Positions 17,026 to 26,916 of a stretch of DNA of 64,000 nucleotides are shown here, piece after piece (position 1 is the stretch's first letter; the number at the start of each line of letters is the position of its first letter). Where the stretch lies: contig DATHQD010000035.1 of the NCBI GenBank assembly GCA_035483045.1, forward strand, positions 35,921 through 99,920. Direction: 5' to 3'. The stretch comes from Terriglobales bacterium. GTDB taxonomy: Bacteria > Acidobacteriota > Terriglobia > Terriglobales > Acidobacteriaceae. Under the pieces are notes generated by a model. The model was not told where the DNA came from. It ran no database searches and saw nothing but the letters and a program-made list of their open reading frames with translations. Position numbers and translations under genes: made by a program.

Positions 17026-18081
17026 TCAAAACAACGAACTCTGCCGCCGATTCGGCACGATCCCAAAATGTTCGTAAGCCAACTGCGTAGCCACTCTCCC
17101 CCGCGGAGTCCGATTCAAAAATCCAATCTGAATCAAGAACGGCTCATAAATTTCTTCAATCGCATCCGGCTCCTCCGCCAGCGCCGCCCCCAAAGTATTC
17201 AGTCCCACCGGACCACCCTGGTACTTCTCAATAATCGTCAGCAACAACTTCCGATCCACTTCATCAAACCCATACCGATCCACTTCCAGCATGCTAAGCG
17301 CCGACTGCGCCACCGCCAGATCAATCCTTCCCGCCGCCCGCACCTGCGCATAATCCCGAACCCGCCGCAACAGCCGATTAGCAATCCGCGGAGTCCCGCG
17401 CGACCGCGAAGCGATCTCCGTAGCCCCCTCCCGATCAATTCCCACTCCCAAAATCTCCGCCGATCGTTCCACAATCACGCGCAAATCCTCATGCGTATAA
17501 AACTCCAGCCGCAACAGCAATCCAAACCGCGATCGCAGCGGAGCCGACAACAACCCCGCCCGCGTAGTCGCCCCAATAAAAGTAAACGGCTTTACATCCA
17601 TCGTGTGTGTCCGCGCCGACGGCCCTTGCCCAATCATGATGTCCAGCTTGTAATCCTCGAGCGCCGAATAAAGTATCTCCTCCAGCGCCGGCTGCAGCCG
17701 ATGCACTTCATCAATAAACAAAACTTGCCGGTCGCGCAAATTCGTAAGGATCGCCGTCAGGTCCCCCTTGATCTGCAAAGTAGGCCCCGACGTCTGCTGA
17801 AACGCCGCGCCCAACTCATTAGCAATAATATTGGCGAGAGTAGTCTTGCCTAACCCCGGAGGCCCATAAAGCAGCACATGATCAAGCGCCTCGCCGCGAT
17901 TGCGCGCCGCCTCAATCGCCACCGAAAGATTCTCTTTAACCTTGTTCTGCCCAATAAACTCCGCCAGCCGCTGCGGCCGCAGCTTCAACTCAAAAGAAGA
18001 ATCGTCCTCCACCGGAGCAGCCGAAACCACCCGATCCTTCAAATTTAAATTCAAATGAGAATTGTCCTTAGCGGCCGCCAC
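17026..18081 (-). CDS. ruvB: Holliday junction branch migration helicase RuvB
   Basis: [12 protein letters not shown], Walker [38 protein letters not shown]. Confidence 0.97.
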   Translation of the reverse strand: MAAAKDNSHLNLNLKDRVVSAAPVEDDSSFELKLRPQRLAEFIGQNKVKENLSVAIEAARNRGEALDHVLLYGPPGLGKTTLANIIANELGAAFQQTSGPTLQIKGDLTAILTNLRDRQVLFIDEVHRLQPALEEILYSALEDYKLDIMIGQGPSARTHTMDVKPFTFIGATTRAGLLSAPLRSRFGLLLRLEFYTHEDLRVIVERSAEILGVGIDREGATEIASRSRGTPRIANRLLRRVRDYAQVRAAGRIDLAVAQSALSMLEVDRYGFDEVDRKLLLTIIEKYQGGPVGLNTLGAALAEEPDAIEEIYEPFLIQIGFLNRTPRGRVATQLAYEHFGIVPNRRQSSLF

Positions 18082-18132
18082 AGGAAAAGATGTTAGCAGT
18101 TCTCAGTTCTACGTTCTAGCAACCTCAGTCGC

Positions 18133-18176
18133 GTAGGGGCAGGTGCCCCCACCTGCCCAGCCGAGCAAAGCTCGCC
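18133..18176 (+). repeat. REP-B (forward)
   Basis: GTAGGGGCAGGTGCCCCCACCTGCCCAGCCGAGCAAAGCTCGCC. Confidence 0.85.
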
Positions 18177-18210
18177 ACGCAACCACCAAGATTATGTAGG
18201 AAGAGACACC

Positions 18211-18257
18211 GGGTGCCCCATCCTTAACGTCGCGTTCTGTGCGACGTTAGGGTGGGG
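18211..18257 (+). repeat. REP-A (forward)
   Basis: GGGTGCCCCATCCTTAACGTCGCGTTCTGTGCGACGTTAGGGTGGGG. Confidence 0.8.
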
Positions 18258-18303
18258 ATTTTGATCTCGATGGTACCGCCAGTCTCCAGGGGCACAGCCT
18301 AAC

Positions 18304-19245
18304 TCACTGTCCAATCACTCCCACCCGCACCCCCTTCAACTTCCCTCCATCAAACCACCCCACCTTCTGTCCAAACCAAGTCTTACCCCCCGACAACCTA
18401 TACTTCTTAGCCGCCGCCGCAAATTCACTACTCCCCAACAAATACGCCACCGGAGTTTCCCCATACTTCCCCAGCCAATCGCCCAACCACCGCGCATTCG
18501 CCGGAGCCGCCAATATCACCGGCTCTCCCGGAAAATACGCCAGCTTCCCAAACTCTTTCTCCGTCTCAATCAGCGGCTCCGACCACCCATAAGCCTTCCG
18601 AAACAACGCCACCGAAGCATCCAGATTATTCACCGCAATCACCACATTCTCCACGCCCGTCACCGGCGCCCCATGCACACTCTCCGATATCTGCACCCGC
18701 CAGGCCCGCGGCGTCTGATCCTCGATAATAAAAGGCAGCACCGACCCGCGCGTCCCATTCCCCACTCCCGCCGTGGTCCACTCAATCGACATCCCATCCG
18801 GCCGCTTCCGACTCCCCGGCTCCGGAGCCGTCACCGCAATTCCCGCCTTCTTCAGCCGATCCACTTCCTGCAGCAACACATTTGTCCCCACCGCCCAGGC
18901 GCAACTAACCGCATCCTCCGACATGTACTTCGCCCACTCCGACCCTGTCGTCACCCCCGCCTTAATCGGAGCAATCAATTCAATGTAAGTCCCATCGTCA
19001 AATCCCACATACGCCATCTGTGTAACGCCATTCCCATGCGGCCCGCCCAAGTCCGGAGTCATCCCCACATCCGTAAACGCCTGCCGCAGCGTGTCCAGAT
19101 TCGATCCGCAAACCGACACGTGGTCCAACTCCAAAACCACGCTTTTCTTGTCCTCAGCCATAGCCGGATACGTCATCACCACCACCAAAAGAAAAACGCC
19201 AGCGAACGAAACTCCGCAGCCGAAAGGGGAAGTCGGCCTAGCCAT
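18304..19245 (-). CDS. secreted VOC / glyoxalase-like domain protein
   Basis: Signal peptide, then LELDHVSVCGSNLDTLRQAFTDVGMTPDLGGPHGNGVTQMAYVGFDDGTYIELIAP. Glyoxalase_3-like by memory. Confidence 0.5.
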   Translation of the reverse strand: MARPTSPFGCGVSFAGVFLLVVVMTYPAMAEDKKSVVLELDHVSVCGSNLDTLRQAFTDVGMTPDLGGPHGNGVTQMAYVGFDDGTYIELIAPIKAGVTTGSEWAKYMSEDAVSCAWAVGTNVLLQEVDRLKKAGIAVTAPEPGSRKRPDGMSIEWTTAGVGNGTRGSVLPFIIEDQTPRAWRVQISESVHGAPVTGVENVVIAVNNLDASVALFRKAYGWSEPLIETEKEFGKLAYFPGEPVILAAPANARWLGDWLGKYGETPVAYLLGSSEFAAAAKKYRLSGGKTWFGQKVGWFDGGKLKGVRVGVIGQ

Positions 19246-19343
19246 GGATCCCTCCTGGGCACCCTAGAACAAGAAAAAAGAATAGTACGCCAGAACCAGC
19301 CAGGAGCGAACCTGTTTTTAGGGATCTAGCACCACAAGAAAAC

Positions 19344-19382
19344 GGGTGCCCCACCCTTCCGCGCACTTTGCGGAGGGTGGGC
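19344..19382 (+). repeat. REP-A (forward)
   Basis: GGGTGCCCCACCCTTCCGCGCACTTTGCGGAGGGTGGGCC. Confidence 0.8.
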
Positions 19383-19487
19383 CGCCGGAGGTGTTCACAA
19401 CGACCAATTCCGAGTACTGAATCAGGTCGAGGGAGTTCGTCGTCGCGCTAACAACCTCATCAAGGAGGCCCCATTCGTTCGCGTGCG

Positions 19488-19515
19488 TTGCGGGTGGGCG
19501 GGCCTCGCCTATAAT
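19488..19515 (+). promoter_or_regulatory. promoter candidate ending 6 nt before the ATG (possible leaderless mRNA)
   Basis: TTGCGG, 16 nt, TATAAT (19510-19515), CTCCCC, then ATG at 19522. Confidence 0.35.
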
Positions 19516-19521
19516 CTCCCC

Positions 19522-21072
19522 ATGAAGCTCGAAGAAAAAATCGCCGAACTGAAAAAGCGCGACCACCTCGCCCAAGAAGGCGGAGGTGCGAAACGCCGCG
19601 AGCGCCAGCACAAAGAAGGCAAAATGTCCGCCCGCGAGCGCGTCGAATTTCTTCTCGACGAAGGCACCTTCGAAGAAACTGACAAGCTAGTCACCCACCG
19701 CTGCCACGACTTCGGCATGGAGCAGCAAAAATTCTTCGGCGACGGTTTCATCACCGGCTACGGCCGCATCGAAGGACGCCTCGTCTACGTCTTCGCGCAA
19801 GACTTCACCGTCTTCGGAGGCTCACTCTCCGAAGCCAACGCGCAAAAAATTGTCAAGATCATGGACCTCGCCGCCAAGATGGGCGCGCCCGTCATCGGCC
19901 TCAACGATTCCGGCGGCGCCCGCATTCAAGAAGGAGTCATGTCGCTGGCCGGCTACGCCGACATCTTTCTCCGCAACACTCTCTACAGCGGAGTCGTCCC
20001 GCAAATCTCCGCCATCATGGGCCCCTGCGCCGGCGGAGCCGTCTACTCTCCCGCCATCACCGATTTCATTCTCATGGTCGACCAAACGAGTTACATGTTC
20101 ATCACCGGCCCCGACGTGATCAAAACCGTCACCCACGAAGAGGTCACCAAAGATCAGCTCGGCGGAGCCCACACCCATAACGAAACCTCCGGCGTAGCCC
20201 ACTTCATGTGCCGCGACGATGCCGAATGTCTCTCCATGGTCCGCGAGCTGCTGAGTTTCATTCCGTCAAATAATCTCGAAGACCCGCCGCGCAAGCCGTG
20301 TAACGATCCGATTGATCGCTTAGACGAAAAACTAGACACGCTGATCCCCGATCAGTCGAACATGCCCTACGACATCAAAGATGTGATCCACACCGTAGTC
20401 GATGACAGCTATTTTTTCGAAGTCCACGAGCACTACGCCAAAAACATCGTAGTAGGATTCGCCCGCTTCAACGGCAAGCCCGTGGGCATCGTCGCCAATC
20501 AGCCCGCCATGCTGGCCGGTACGCTAGACATCAACGCCAGCGTAAAAGGAGCGCGCTTCGTCCGCTTCTGCGACTGCTTCAACATCCCCCTAGTCACCTT
20601 CGAAGACGTCCCCGGCTTCCTCCCCGGCACCCAGCAAGAGTACGGAGGCATAATCCGCCACGGCGCCAAGCTTCTCTACGCCTTCGCCGAAGCCACAGTC
20701 CCGAAAGTGACAGTCATCACCCGCAAAGCCTACGGAGGAGCATATTGCGTCATGGCCTCCAAACACATCCGCACCGACGTAAACTACGCCTGGCCGAGCG
20801 CCGAAATCGCCGTGATGGGCCCCGAAGGCGCAGTCGATATCGTCTACAAACGCGAACTAGATCAAGCCGAAAACCGCGAAGAAGTCCGCCAACAAAAAAT
20901 CGAAGAATTCCGCGACCGACTGGCCAACCCTTACGTTGCTGCTGACCGAGGCTTCGTAGACGCAGTAATCCAACCCAGAGAAACCCGCAAGAAACTGATT
21001 CAAGCGCTAGAGATGCTAGAGACGAAGCGAGATAAGAACCCGCCTAAGAAGCATGGGAATATTCCGCTGTAG
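19522..21072 (+). CDS. acyl-CoA carboxylase carboxyltransferase beta subunit (propionyl-CoA carboxylase beta / methylmalonyl-CoA carboxyltransferase 12S type)
   Basis: [48 protein letters not shown]. Confidence 0.9.
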   Translation: MKLEEKIAELKKRDHLAQEGGGAKRRERQHKEGKMSARERVEFLLDEGTFEETDKLVTHRCHDFGMEQQKFFGDGFITGYGRIEGRLVYVFAQDFTVFGGSLSEANAQKIVKIMDLAAKMGAPVIGLNDSGGARIQEGVMSLAGYADIFLRNTLYSGVVPQISAIMGPCAGGAVYSPAITDFILMVDQTSYMFITGPDVIKTVTHEEVTKDQLGGAHTHNETSGVAHFMCRDDAECLSMVRELLSFIPSNNLEDPPRKPCNDPIDRLDEKLDTLIPDQSNMPYDIKDVIHTVVDDSYFFEVHEHYAKNIVVGFARFNGKPVGIVANQPAMLAGTLDINASVKGARFVRFCDCFNIPLVTFEDVPGFLPGTQQEYGGIIRHGAKLLYAFAEATVPKVTVITRKAYGGAYCVMASKHIRTDVNYAWPSAEIAVMGPEGAVDIVYKRELDQAENREEVRQQKIEEFRDRLANPYVAADRGFVDAVIQPRETRKKLIQALEMLETKRDKNPPKKHGNIPL

Positions 21073-21160
21073 AGTTTCAGTGGCTATGTGGTTGTGTGGC
21101 GCTGGGCGCCCCCGCCCGCGAAAAGTTGAGATAACGATTGGGCCGTCTTCTTCTAATCAA

Positions 21161-21472
21161 TCACAGCGGCAGCATCGACCCATGCCGAACGTGCAAGATA
21201 TAAACCGATTTCTCTTCCTCGAACACGACAAAAAGAAAGCGGTATGTACCGCGATTGCCGGAGCCGAAGAGCAGTTCGCGTATAGGTTGATCGAATGATC
21301 CACTCTCAGGAGCCATCGGGCAACGCTCGGGGTGGCGCGTAAGACTCTTCAAGGTCTGCCGTGCGCGTCGGATCCAATCACTCGCCGCGCGAGGTGCTTG
21401 GGTGCGGATAAAGCGATAAGCTGCCCTGAGTTCACTCTCCGCCGCTGGAGTCACAACGACGCGATAGTTCAT
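21161..21472 (-). CDS. ParE/RelE-family toxin
   Basis: 103 aa. AESELRAAYRFI..RHPERCP..YRFLFVVFEEEKSVYILHVRHG. Abuts the upstream antitoxin gene. Confidence 0.8.
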   Translation of the reverse strand: MNYRVVVTPAAESELRAAYRFIRTQAPRAASDWIRRARQTLKSLTRHPERCPMAPESGSFDQPIRELLFGSGNRGTYRFLFVVFEEEKSVYILHVRHGSMLPL

Positions 21473-21751
21473 CTATCGCTTCGCATCTTCGCGTTCCAAA
21501 TCGTCAAACACTTCGTCCGCCGGTCGCCCCATGCCTTTGCGGGCCTGCGCGAGTCCACGCCGAATGCTCGCCACGGCATCAAGCTGACTGGCCACTTCCC
21601 GATAAACCGCGGCATCAATAACCACCGCCTCAGCTTTGCCCTTCACCGTAAGCACCAGCGGACGCCCAGTCTTCTTCATGTGCTTCATTAAGTCAGAAGA
21701 CTTGCGCTTAAATGTGGTTAGGGAATGAATGTCTTGTGTCACATCGATCAT
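21473..21751 (-). CDS. Phd/YefM-family antitoxin
   Basis: MIDVTQDIHSLTTFKRKSSDLMKHMKKTGRPLVLTVKGKAEAVVIDAAVY. Its stop codon is directly adjacent to the toxin ATG. Confidence 0.8.
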   Translation of the reverse strand: MIDVTQDIHSLTTFKRKSSDLMKHMKKTGRPLVLTVKGKAEAVVIDAAVYREVASQLDAVASIRRGLAQARKGMGRPADEVFDDLEREDAKR

Positions 21752-21899
21752 GATGCGATTATAGCATCCGATCTGATGCTTTCTTCGCACCGCTAAAACT
21801 AGTCGGGATGCAAGCGTCTTTTCCTGTTTGACCCCGTTCCCCCACTCCCCCTACAATCCCAATGCTCCACCATCCACATTCTTTTTCGGAGTCCCGTTC

Positions 21900-23210
21900 A
21901 TGCGCCTTCTGCTGAAAAAAATCAGAGCGCTCGGCAGCGCCTACCTGACACTCCTCCTGCTAGCCGCATTCACCCCATCAGCCCTAGCCCAAGCTCAAAC
22001 CGCCGCGCACAACGTCCTAATCAAGAACGCCACCGTGATGACCGTTACCCACGGCAACATCCAAAACGGCTCCATCTACATCAAGGATGGCAAAATCGCC
22101 GCCATAGGCGCCACCGTCAACGCCCCCGCCGACGCCACCGTCATCGATGCCGGAGGCAAATACCTCACTCCGGGCATCGTCGACGCCCACTCGCACATCG
22201 CGCTCGACGATGACGTCAACGAGGCCACCAGCCCCATCACGCCGCACATGATGATGAAGGATGCCTTCGATTATCAGGACAAGGCTATCTACCGCGCCCT
22301 CGCCGGAGGCGTCACCACTTCGCTTCTTTTGCACGGTTCGGCCAACATGATCGGTGGCCAGGCCATCGTCATCAAGCACAAGTTCGGAGCCACGCGCGAC
22401 GAACTCCTCTTCCCCAACGCGCCCCGCTCCATCAAATTCGCCAGCGGAGAAAATCCCAAGCGCGTCTACGGCAGCCGCGATCAGCTCCCCTCAACTCGCA
22501 TGGGCAATTTCGAAGTCCAGCGCCAAGCTCTAGTCGACGCGCAGGAATACATCCGCGAGTGGGATACCTACAACGACAAAGTGAAGCGTGGCGACAAAGA
22601 CGCCACTCCTCCCAAACGCGACCTCAAACTCGACGCTCTCGCCGACGTCCTTCGCGGCAAACTGATGGTGCAGATCCATTGCTACCGCGCCGACGAAATG
22701 CTCACCGAGATCGCCATGGCGAAAGAGTTCGGCTACAACCTCCGCGCGTTTCATCACGCCGTCGAAGCCTACAAAGTTGCCGATCAATTAGCCGCCAACA
22801 ACGTCGGCATCGCCACATGGGCCGACTGGTGGGGCTTTAAGCAGGAGGCCTGGGATGCAATCCCATGGAACGCCGTCATCTCCATGCGCAAAGGTGTCCG
22901 CGTAGCCATCAAGAGCGACTCCGAAGATTACACGCGCCGCCTCAACCAGGAAGCCGGCAAGATTATGCGCTACGGCGGAGCCACCGAAGAAGAAGCCCTG
23001 AAGATGATCACTCTCAACGCCGCATGGATCGTAGGCGTCGACGATAAAGTTGGCTCCATCGATGTAGGCAAAGATGCCGACCTCGTCATCTGGGACGGCT
23101 ATCCTCTCTCCAGCACAGGCGTCCCCGAAAAAGTTCTAATCGACGGCGACATCTACTTCGACCGCACCCAACCAGGCCTGGGCGCCACGCATTACAAGGA
23201 GGGAGAGTAA
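21900..23210 (+). CDS. secreted amidohydrolase-family metallohydrolase
   Basis: Signal peptide MRLLLKKIRALG..ALAQA. HxH motif TPGIVDAHSHIALDDD. C-terminal GSIDVGKDADLVIWD. Confidence 0.85.
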   Translation: MRLLLKKIRALGSAYLTLLLLAAFTPSALAQAQTAAHNVLIKNATVMTVTHGNIQNGSIYIKDGKIAAIGATVNAPADATVIDAGGKYLTPGIVDAHSHIALDDDVNEATSPITPHMMMKDAFDYQDKAIYRALAGGVTTSLLLHGSANMIGGQAIVIKHKFGATRDELLFPNAPRSIKFASGENPKRVYGSRDQLPSTRMGNFEVQRQALVDAQEYIREWDTYNDKVKRGDKDATPPKRDLKLDALADVLRGKLMVQIHCYRADEMLTEIAMAKEFGYNLRAFHHAVEAYKVADQLAANNVGIATWADWWGFKQEAWDAIPWNAVISMRKGVRVAIKSDSEDYTRRLNQEAGKIMRYGGATEEEALKMITLNAAWIVGVDDKVGSIDVGKDADLVIWDGYPLSSTGVPEKVLIDGDIYFDRTQPGLGATHYKEGE

Positions 23211-23230
23211 ATGCCTCTCACTAAAAGTCA

Positions 23231-23294
23231 TGTCATCCTGAGCGGAGTGGCCGCTGCGCAAAGCGCAGCAGCCGCGCAGTCGAAGGACCCCTAC
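23231..23294 (+). repeat. REP-C full (forward)
   Basis: TGTCATCCTGAGCGGAGTGGCCGCTGCGCAAAGCGCAGCAGCCGCGCAGTCGAAGGACCCCTAC. Confidence 0.85.
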
Positions 23295-23309
23295 TCCCGC
23301 CAAAATCAC

Positions 23310-23353
23310 GTAGGGGCAGGTGCCCCCACCTGCCCAGCCGAGCAAAGCTCGGC
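23310..23353 (+). repeat. REP-B (forward)
   Basis: GTAGGGGCAGGTGCCCCCACCTGCCCAGCCGAGCAAAGCTCGGC. Together with the preceding REP-C end it forms an inverted GTAGGGG pair 15 nt apart. Confidence 0.85.
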
Positions 23354-23369
23354 CCCCGCCAACTCCGCC

Positions 23370-24752
23370 ATGAGTGTGTGGAGCGGACACTCCCGTCCGC
23401 TCCCGTTGCTCTTGCTTTTGCTCCTGCTCTTGACCGTCCCCAAGCCCGCCCAAACCCAAGACCATCCCATAGCCCTAAAAGGCGGCAAGCTCCTAACCAT
23501 CACCCACGGAACAATCGAAAACGGCACCGTCCTAATGCAGGGAGGAAAAATTACCGCCGTAGGCGCAGCTAGCTCAGTCAACATCCCAAGCGCGGCCCAA
23601 GTAATCGACGCCACCGGAATGACCATCTACCCCGGCCTAATCGACTCCGAAACTCACCTCGGCCTAACCGAAATCGAAGCCGAAGCCATGACCAACGATC
23701 TAGTCGAACCAAGCGACGAGATCATGCCCCACATGCACACCGCCGAGGCCTTCCACGCCGAATCTGCCCTCATCCCCGTGGCCCGCGTCAACGGAATCAC
23801 CAACGCCATCGTCGCTCCCGAAAACACCGACACGCTTCCCGGCCAGGATTCCTTCATTCAACTCGCCGGATCCAACGCCACCGAGATGCTCCTCATCCGC
23901 GATATCGCCATGCCCCTAAACTTCACCGGCGATCAGCGCCGCAATAAAGGAGGATTCGAAAAGCACAAATTCCCCTCCACGCGAATGGGTCTAGCCGCGC
24001 AGCTCCGCCAAGCCTTCATCGATGCCCAGGATTACCAGACCAAGTGGGCCGACTACGAACGCAAAAAAACCGAAGCCGCAAAGAGCTCTCCCGAAAAAGA
24101 AAAGAAGCCCGGCGACAAAACCGCGCAAGCCAGTAAAGACAAAAAATCCGAGCCCACCCCTCCCAAGCGCGACCTAAAACTCGAAGCGCTGATCCCTTAT
24201 CTCGAAGGCAAAAAGACCATCGTCTTGGCCGCCGAAAGTTCCAGCGACCTGCAAACCGCCGTCAGCCTCGCCAACGAATTCAAACTCAAATTCGTCCTCA
24301 ACCACATCGCCCACTCGCAGCGCGTTCTCGACTACGTCGCGAGCCTCAAAGTTCCCGTCATCGTCGGCCCCATCTATGAAACGCCCAAAGAAGACGAGCG
24401 TTACGACGCCGTCTACAGCCTTCCCGCACAACTCTACAAGCGCGGAGTCAAAATCATCTTCGCCTCCTACAACGCCCACAACGTCCGCAATCTCCCCGAC
24501 CAGGCCGGATTCGCCACCGCCTTCGGCCTCCCCTACGAGGAAGCCTTAAAAGCCATCACCCTAAACCCCGCCGAAATCTGGGGAGTAGACAATCAACTAG
24601 GCTCCCTAGACGTAGGCAAAACCGCCAACGTAGTAGTAGCCAACGGCGATCCATTAGATGTAAAGACCGACGTCAAGCAGGTCTACATCCAGGGCCGTCC
24701 AATTCCCATGACCAACCGTCAAACGCGCCTCAGGGACGAGTATTCGAAATAA
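23370..24752 (+). CDS. secreted amidohydrolase-family protein, paralog-like neighbour of 21900..23210
   Basis: The mature part (KGGKLLTITHGTIENGTVLMQGGKITAVGA..PGLIDSETHLGL) parallels the upstream gene. The chosen start ATG 23370 gives MSVWSGHSRPLPLLLLLLLLLTVPKPAQTQ. Earlier parts of the track ORF are REP-C/REP-B-derived. Confidence 0.75.
   Translation: MSVWSGHSRPLPLLLLLLLLLTVPKPAQTQDHPIALKGGKLLTITHGTIENGTVLMQGGKITAVGAASSVNIPSAAQVIDATGMTIYPGLIDSETHLGLTEIEAEAMTNDLVEPSDEIMPHMHTAEAFHAESALIPVARVNGITNAIVAPENTDTLPGQDSFIQLAGSNATEMLLIRDIAMPLNFTGDQRRNKGGFEKHKFPSTRMGLAAQLRQAFIDAQDYQTKWADYERKKTEAAKSSPEKEKKPGDKTAQASKDKKSEPTPPKRDLKLEALIPYLEGKKTIVLAAESSSDLQTAVSLANEFKLKFVLNHIAHSQRVLDYVASLKVPVIVGPIYETPKEDERYDAVYSLPAQLYKRGVKIIFASYNAHNVRNLPDQAGFATAFGLPYEEALKAITLNPAEIWGVDNQLGSLDVGKTANVVVANGDPLDVKTDVKQVYIQGRPIPMTNRQTRLRDEYSK
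23378..23401 (+). repeat. REP-D (forward)
   Basis: GTGGAGCGGACACTCCCGTCCGCT hairpin. Confidence 0.7.
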
Positions 24753-24783
24753 ATAATTCGTGCGCCGAACACCATCCATGATT

Positions 24784-24847
24784 TGTCATCCTGAGCGAAG
24801 TGGCCGCTACGCGAAGCGCAGCGGCCACGCAGTCGAAGGACCCCTAC
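24784..24847 (+). repeat. REP-C full (forward)
   Basis: TGTCATCCTGAGCGAAGTGGCCGCTACGCGAAGCGCAGCGGCCACGCAGTCGAAGGACCCCTAC. Confidence 0.85.
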
Positions 24848-25204
24848 CCCCGCCATATATTTTCGGGACGACTAGGGCTGTGTCGCTTAGTGCAGGATGA
24901 CAAACGGAGGGTCATGTTTGACCCCGCTCCCCGCCGCCAGTTAGGATTTCGCAGTGATCCCCATAGTCGTAGAAAAGGCTTTGCCCAGCATTTGGGGTTC
25001 TCCGTGCCTCCGTGTCTCCGTGGTAAAAAGCGAATTCTCCCAACTCGCCTTTGCATACTTTCCCAATCCCTTTTAGACTACTGGTTTCGACCTCATACAC
25101 AACCATGAGCAACAGGCAGTCGTAAATTCCGGCAGTCGCAATCAGCAAACGCCGGTCCGCACTTCGGACCCGCGATTCCACAGATTCAGAAACGAGGAGA
25201 AACA

Positions 25205-25450
25205 ATGGCAGCCGTTGATGAGAAAGTGAAACAGATTATCGTCGAGCAATTAGGTGTGGATGAGGGCGAAGTCACGCCCAGCGCTTCGTTCGTAGACGAC
25301 CTGGGCGCTGATTCGCTCGATACCGTCGAGCTCGTGATGGCCTTCGAAGAGGCCTTCGATATCGAAATCCCCGACGAGGACGCGGAGAAAATTCGTACCG
25401 TCTCCGACGCCGTCGACTACATCGGCAAGCACGCGAAAGCCGGCAAATAA
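25205..25450 (+). CDS. acpP: acyl carrier protein
   Basis: [32 protein letters not shown] lies upstream of the ATG. Confidence 0.96.
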   Translation: MAAVDEKVKQIIVEQLGVDEGEVTPSASFVDDLGADSLDTVELVMAFEEAFDIEIPDEDAEKIRTVSDAVDYIGKHAKAGK

Positions 25451-25502
25451 ATTTGGCTGGCTCGCCCTTCAGACAATGGTTTTGAAAAGGCGCGCTTTGA
25501 AA

Positions 25503-25563
25503 GGGCACGGCTTCAGCCGTGCCGCAACAAGCCAACAACAACCAGGGCTTTAGCCCCTGAGGG
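25503..25563 (+). repeat. REP-E full (forward)
   Basis: GGGCACGGCTTCAGCCGTGCCGCAA...CAGGGCTTTAGCCCCTGAGG. Confidence 0.75.
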
Positions 25564-25615
25564 AGCCAGCGCCTCACTCTCTCGGCCCATCGACGAGAGC
25601 AATTCGGAGAACACT

Positions 25616-26863
25616 CTGCCCCTTAACCAACAAAGACGCGTCGTAATCACCGGCATCGGCCTGATCTGTTCCGTCGGCAACTCGACCGACGCGGTCTGGC
25701 AATCTCTGCTCGCCGGCAAGAGCGGCATTGATCGCATCACCGCGTTCGACGTCTCTGCCTATGCCTGCCAAATCGCCGGCGAGGTCCGCAACTTCGATCC
25801 CTTCCAGTTCATCGAGAAAAAAGAAGTGAAGAAGATGGGCCGCTTCATTCACTTCGCCATCGCCGCCGCCGACGAGGCGATGAAGATGTCGCAACTAAAG
25901 ATCACTCCAGAAAACGCCGAGATGGTCGGCGTTCACATCGGCTCCGGCATCGGAGGATTCGACGTCATCGAGCGCGAACACACTGCCCTCATGGAAGGCG
26001 GCCCGCGCAAAATCTCGCCCTTCTTTATTCCCGCCGCCATCGTCAACCTCGCCGCCGGACATGTCTCCATGCGCTTCGGCGCCAAGGGCCCCAACGAAGC
26101 GACCGCCACCGCCTGCACCACCAGCGCTCACTCCATCGGCGACTCCATGCGCATCATCCAGCACGGCGATGCCGACGTAATGATCGCCGGAGGCTCGGAA
26201 GCCGCCATCACTCCCATGGGAGTCGGAGGATTCGCCGCCATGCGCGCCCTCTCCACCCGCAACGACGATCCCGCCCGCGCCAGCCGTCCCTGGGATAAAG
26301 ATCGCGATGGCTTCGTCATGGGCGAAGGCGCTGGCATTCTAGTGCTGGAAGAACTGGAACACGCGAAACGCCGCGGCGCTCCCATCATCGCCGAGTTGAT
26401 CGGCTATGGCATGTCCGCCGACGCCTACCACATGACCCAACCCGCGCCCGAACACGAAGGCGGCTTCCGAGTAATGCGCAACGCCCTGCGCGACGCGAAG
26501 CTAGAGCCCAGCGTAGTAGGCTACGTAAACGCCCACGGCACCTCGACCCCTCTAGGCGACACGCTGGAAGCCCACGCGATAAGAAATCTATTCGGAAAAA
26601 AGATTCCAGTAAGCTCGACCAAATCAATGACCGGTCATCTCCTGGGCGGAGCCGGCGGCCTGGAAGCCGGAGTAACAGTGTTAGCGCTGCGCGATCAAAT
26701 CCTGCCGCCGACGATCAACCTGGAAAATCAGGATCCCGATACCGACGGCATGGATTTCGTCCCCAACCAAGCAAGAAAAGTAGAGTTCGATTACGCGATG
26801 TCGAACTCCTTCGGCTTCGGAGGCACCAACGGCGCCCTACTCTTCCGCCGCTGGAAAGAATAG
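25616..26863 (+). CDS. fabF: 3-oxoacyl-ACP synthase II (KAS II); proposed CTG start
   Basis: The frame is open from 25451 and encodes QRRVVITGIGLICSVGN upstream of the track start 25826. There is no in-frame ATG, GTG or TTG before that motif. GGAGA (25606-25610) lies 5 nt before CTG 25616. The rest is canonical KAS II (active-site Cys in ATACTTSAHSIG, HGTSTPLGD, GHLLGGAG). Confidence 0.85.
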   Translation: MPLNQQRRVVITGIGLICSVGNSTDAVWQSLLAGKSGIDRITAFDVSAYACQIAGEVRNFDPFQFIEKKEVKKMGRFIHFAIAAADEAMKMSQLKITPENAEMVGVHIGSGIGGFDVIEREHTALMEGGPRKISPFFIPAAIVNLAAGHVSMRFGAKGPNEATATACTTSAHSIGDSMRIIQHGDADVMIAGGSEAAITPMGVGGFAAMRALSTRNDDPARASRPWDKDRDGFVMGEGAGILVLEELEHAKRRGAPIIAELIGYGMSADAYHMTQPAPEHEGGFRVMRNALRDAKLEPSVVGYVNAHGTSTPLGDTLEAHAIRNLFGKKIPVSSTKSMTGHLLGGAGGLEAGVTVLALRDQILPPTINLENQDPDTDGMDFVPNQARKVEFDYAMSNSFGFGGTNGALLFRRWKE

Positions 26864-26916
26864 GCACTTAACATTGAAGAGGTCAGCGGTCAGATTGCAG
26901 AGGTTAAACCACACTC

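Noticed and set aside
24892-24904. A reversed REP-C terminus (GCAGGATGACAAA) left of the polarity switch, a potential exception to the orientation rule
   Set aside because: Only about 10 nt match the REP-C end, and the rest of the element is absent. I treat it as a fragment or chance match rather than an oriented copy, and flag it here for transparency.
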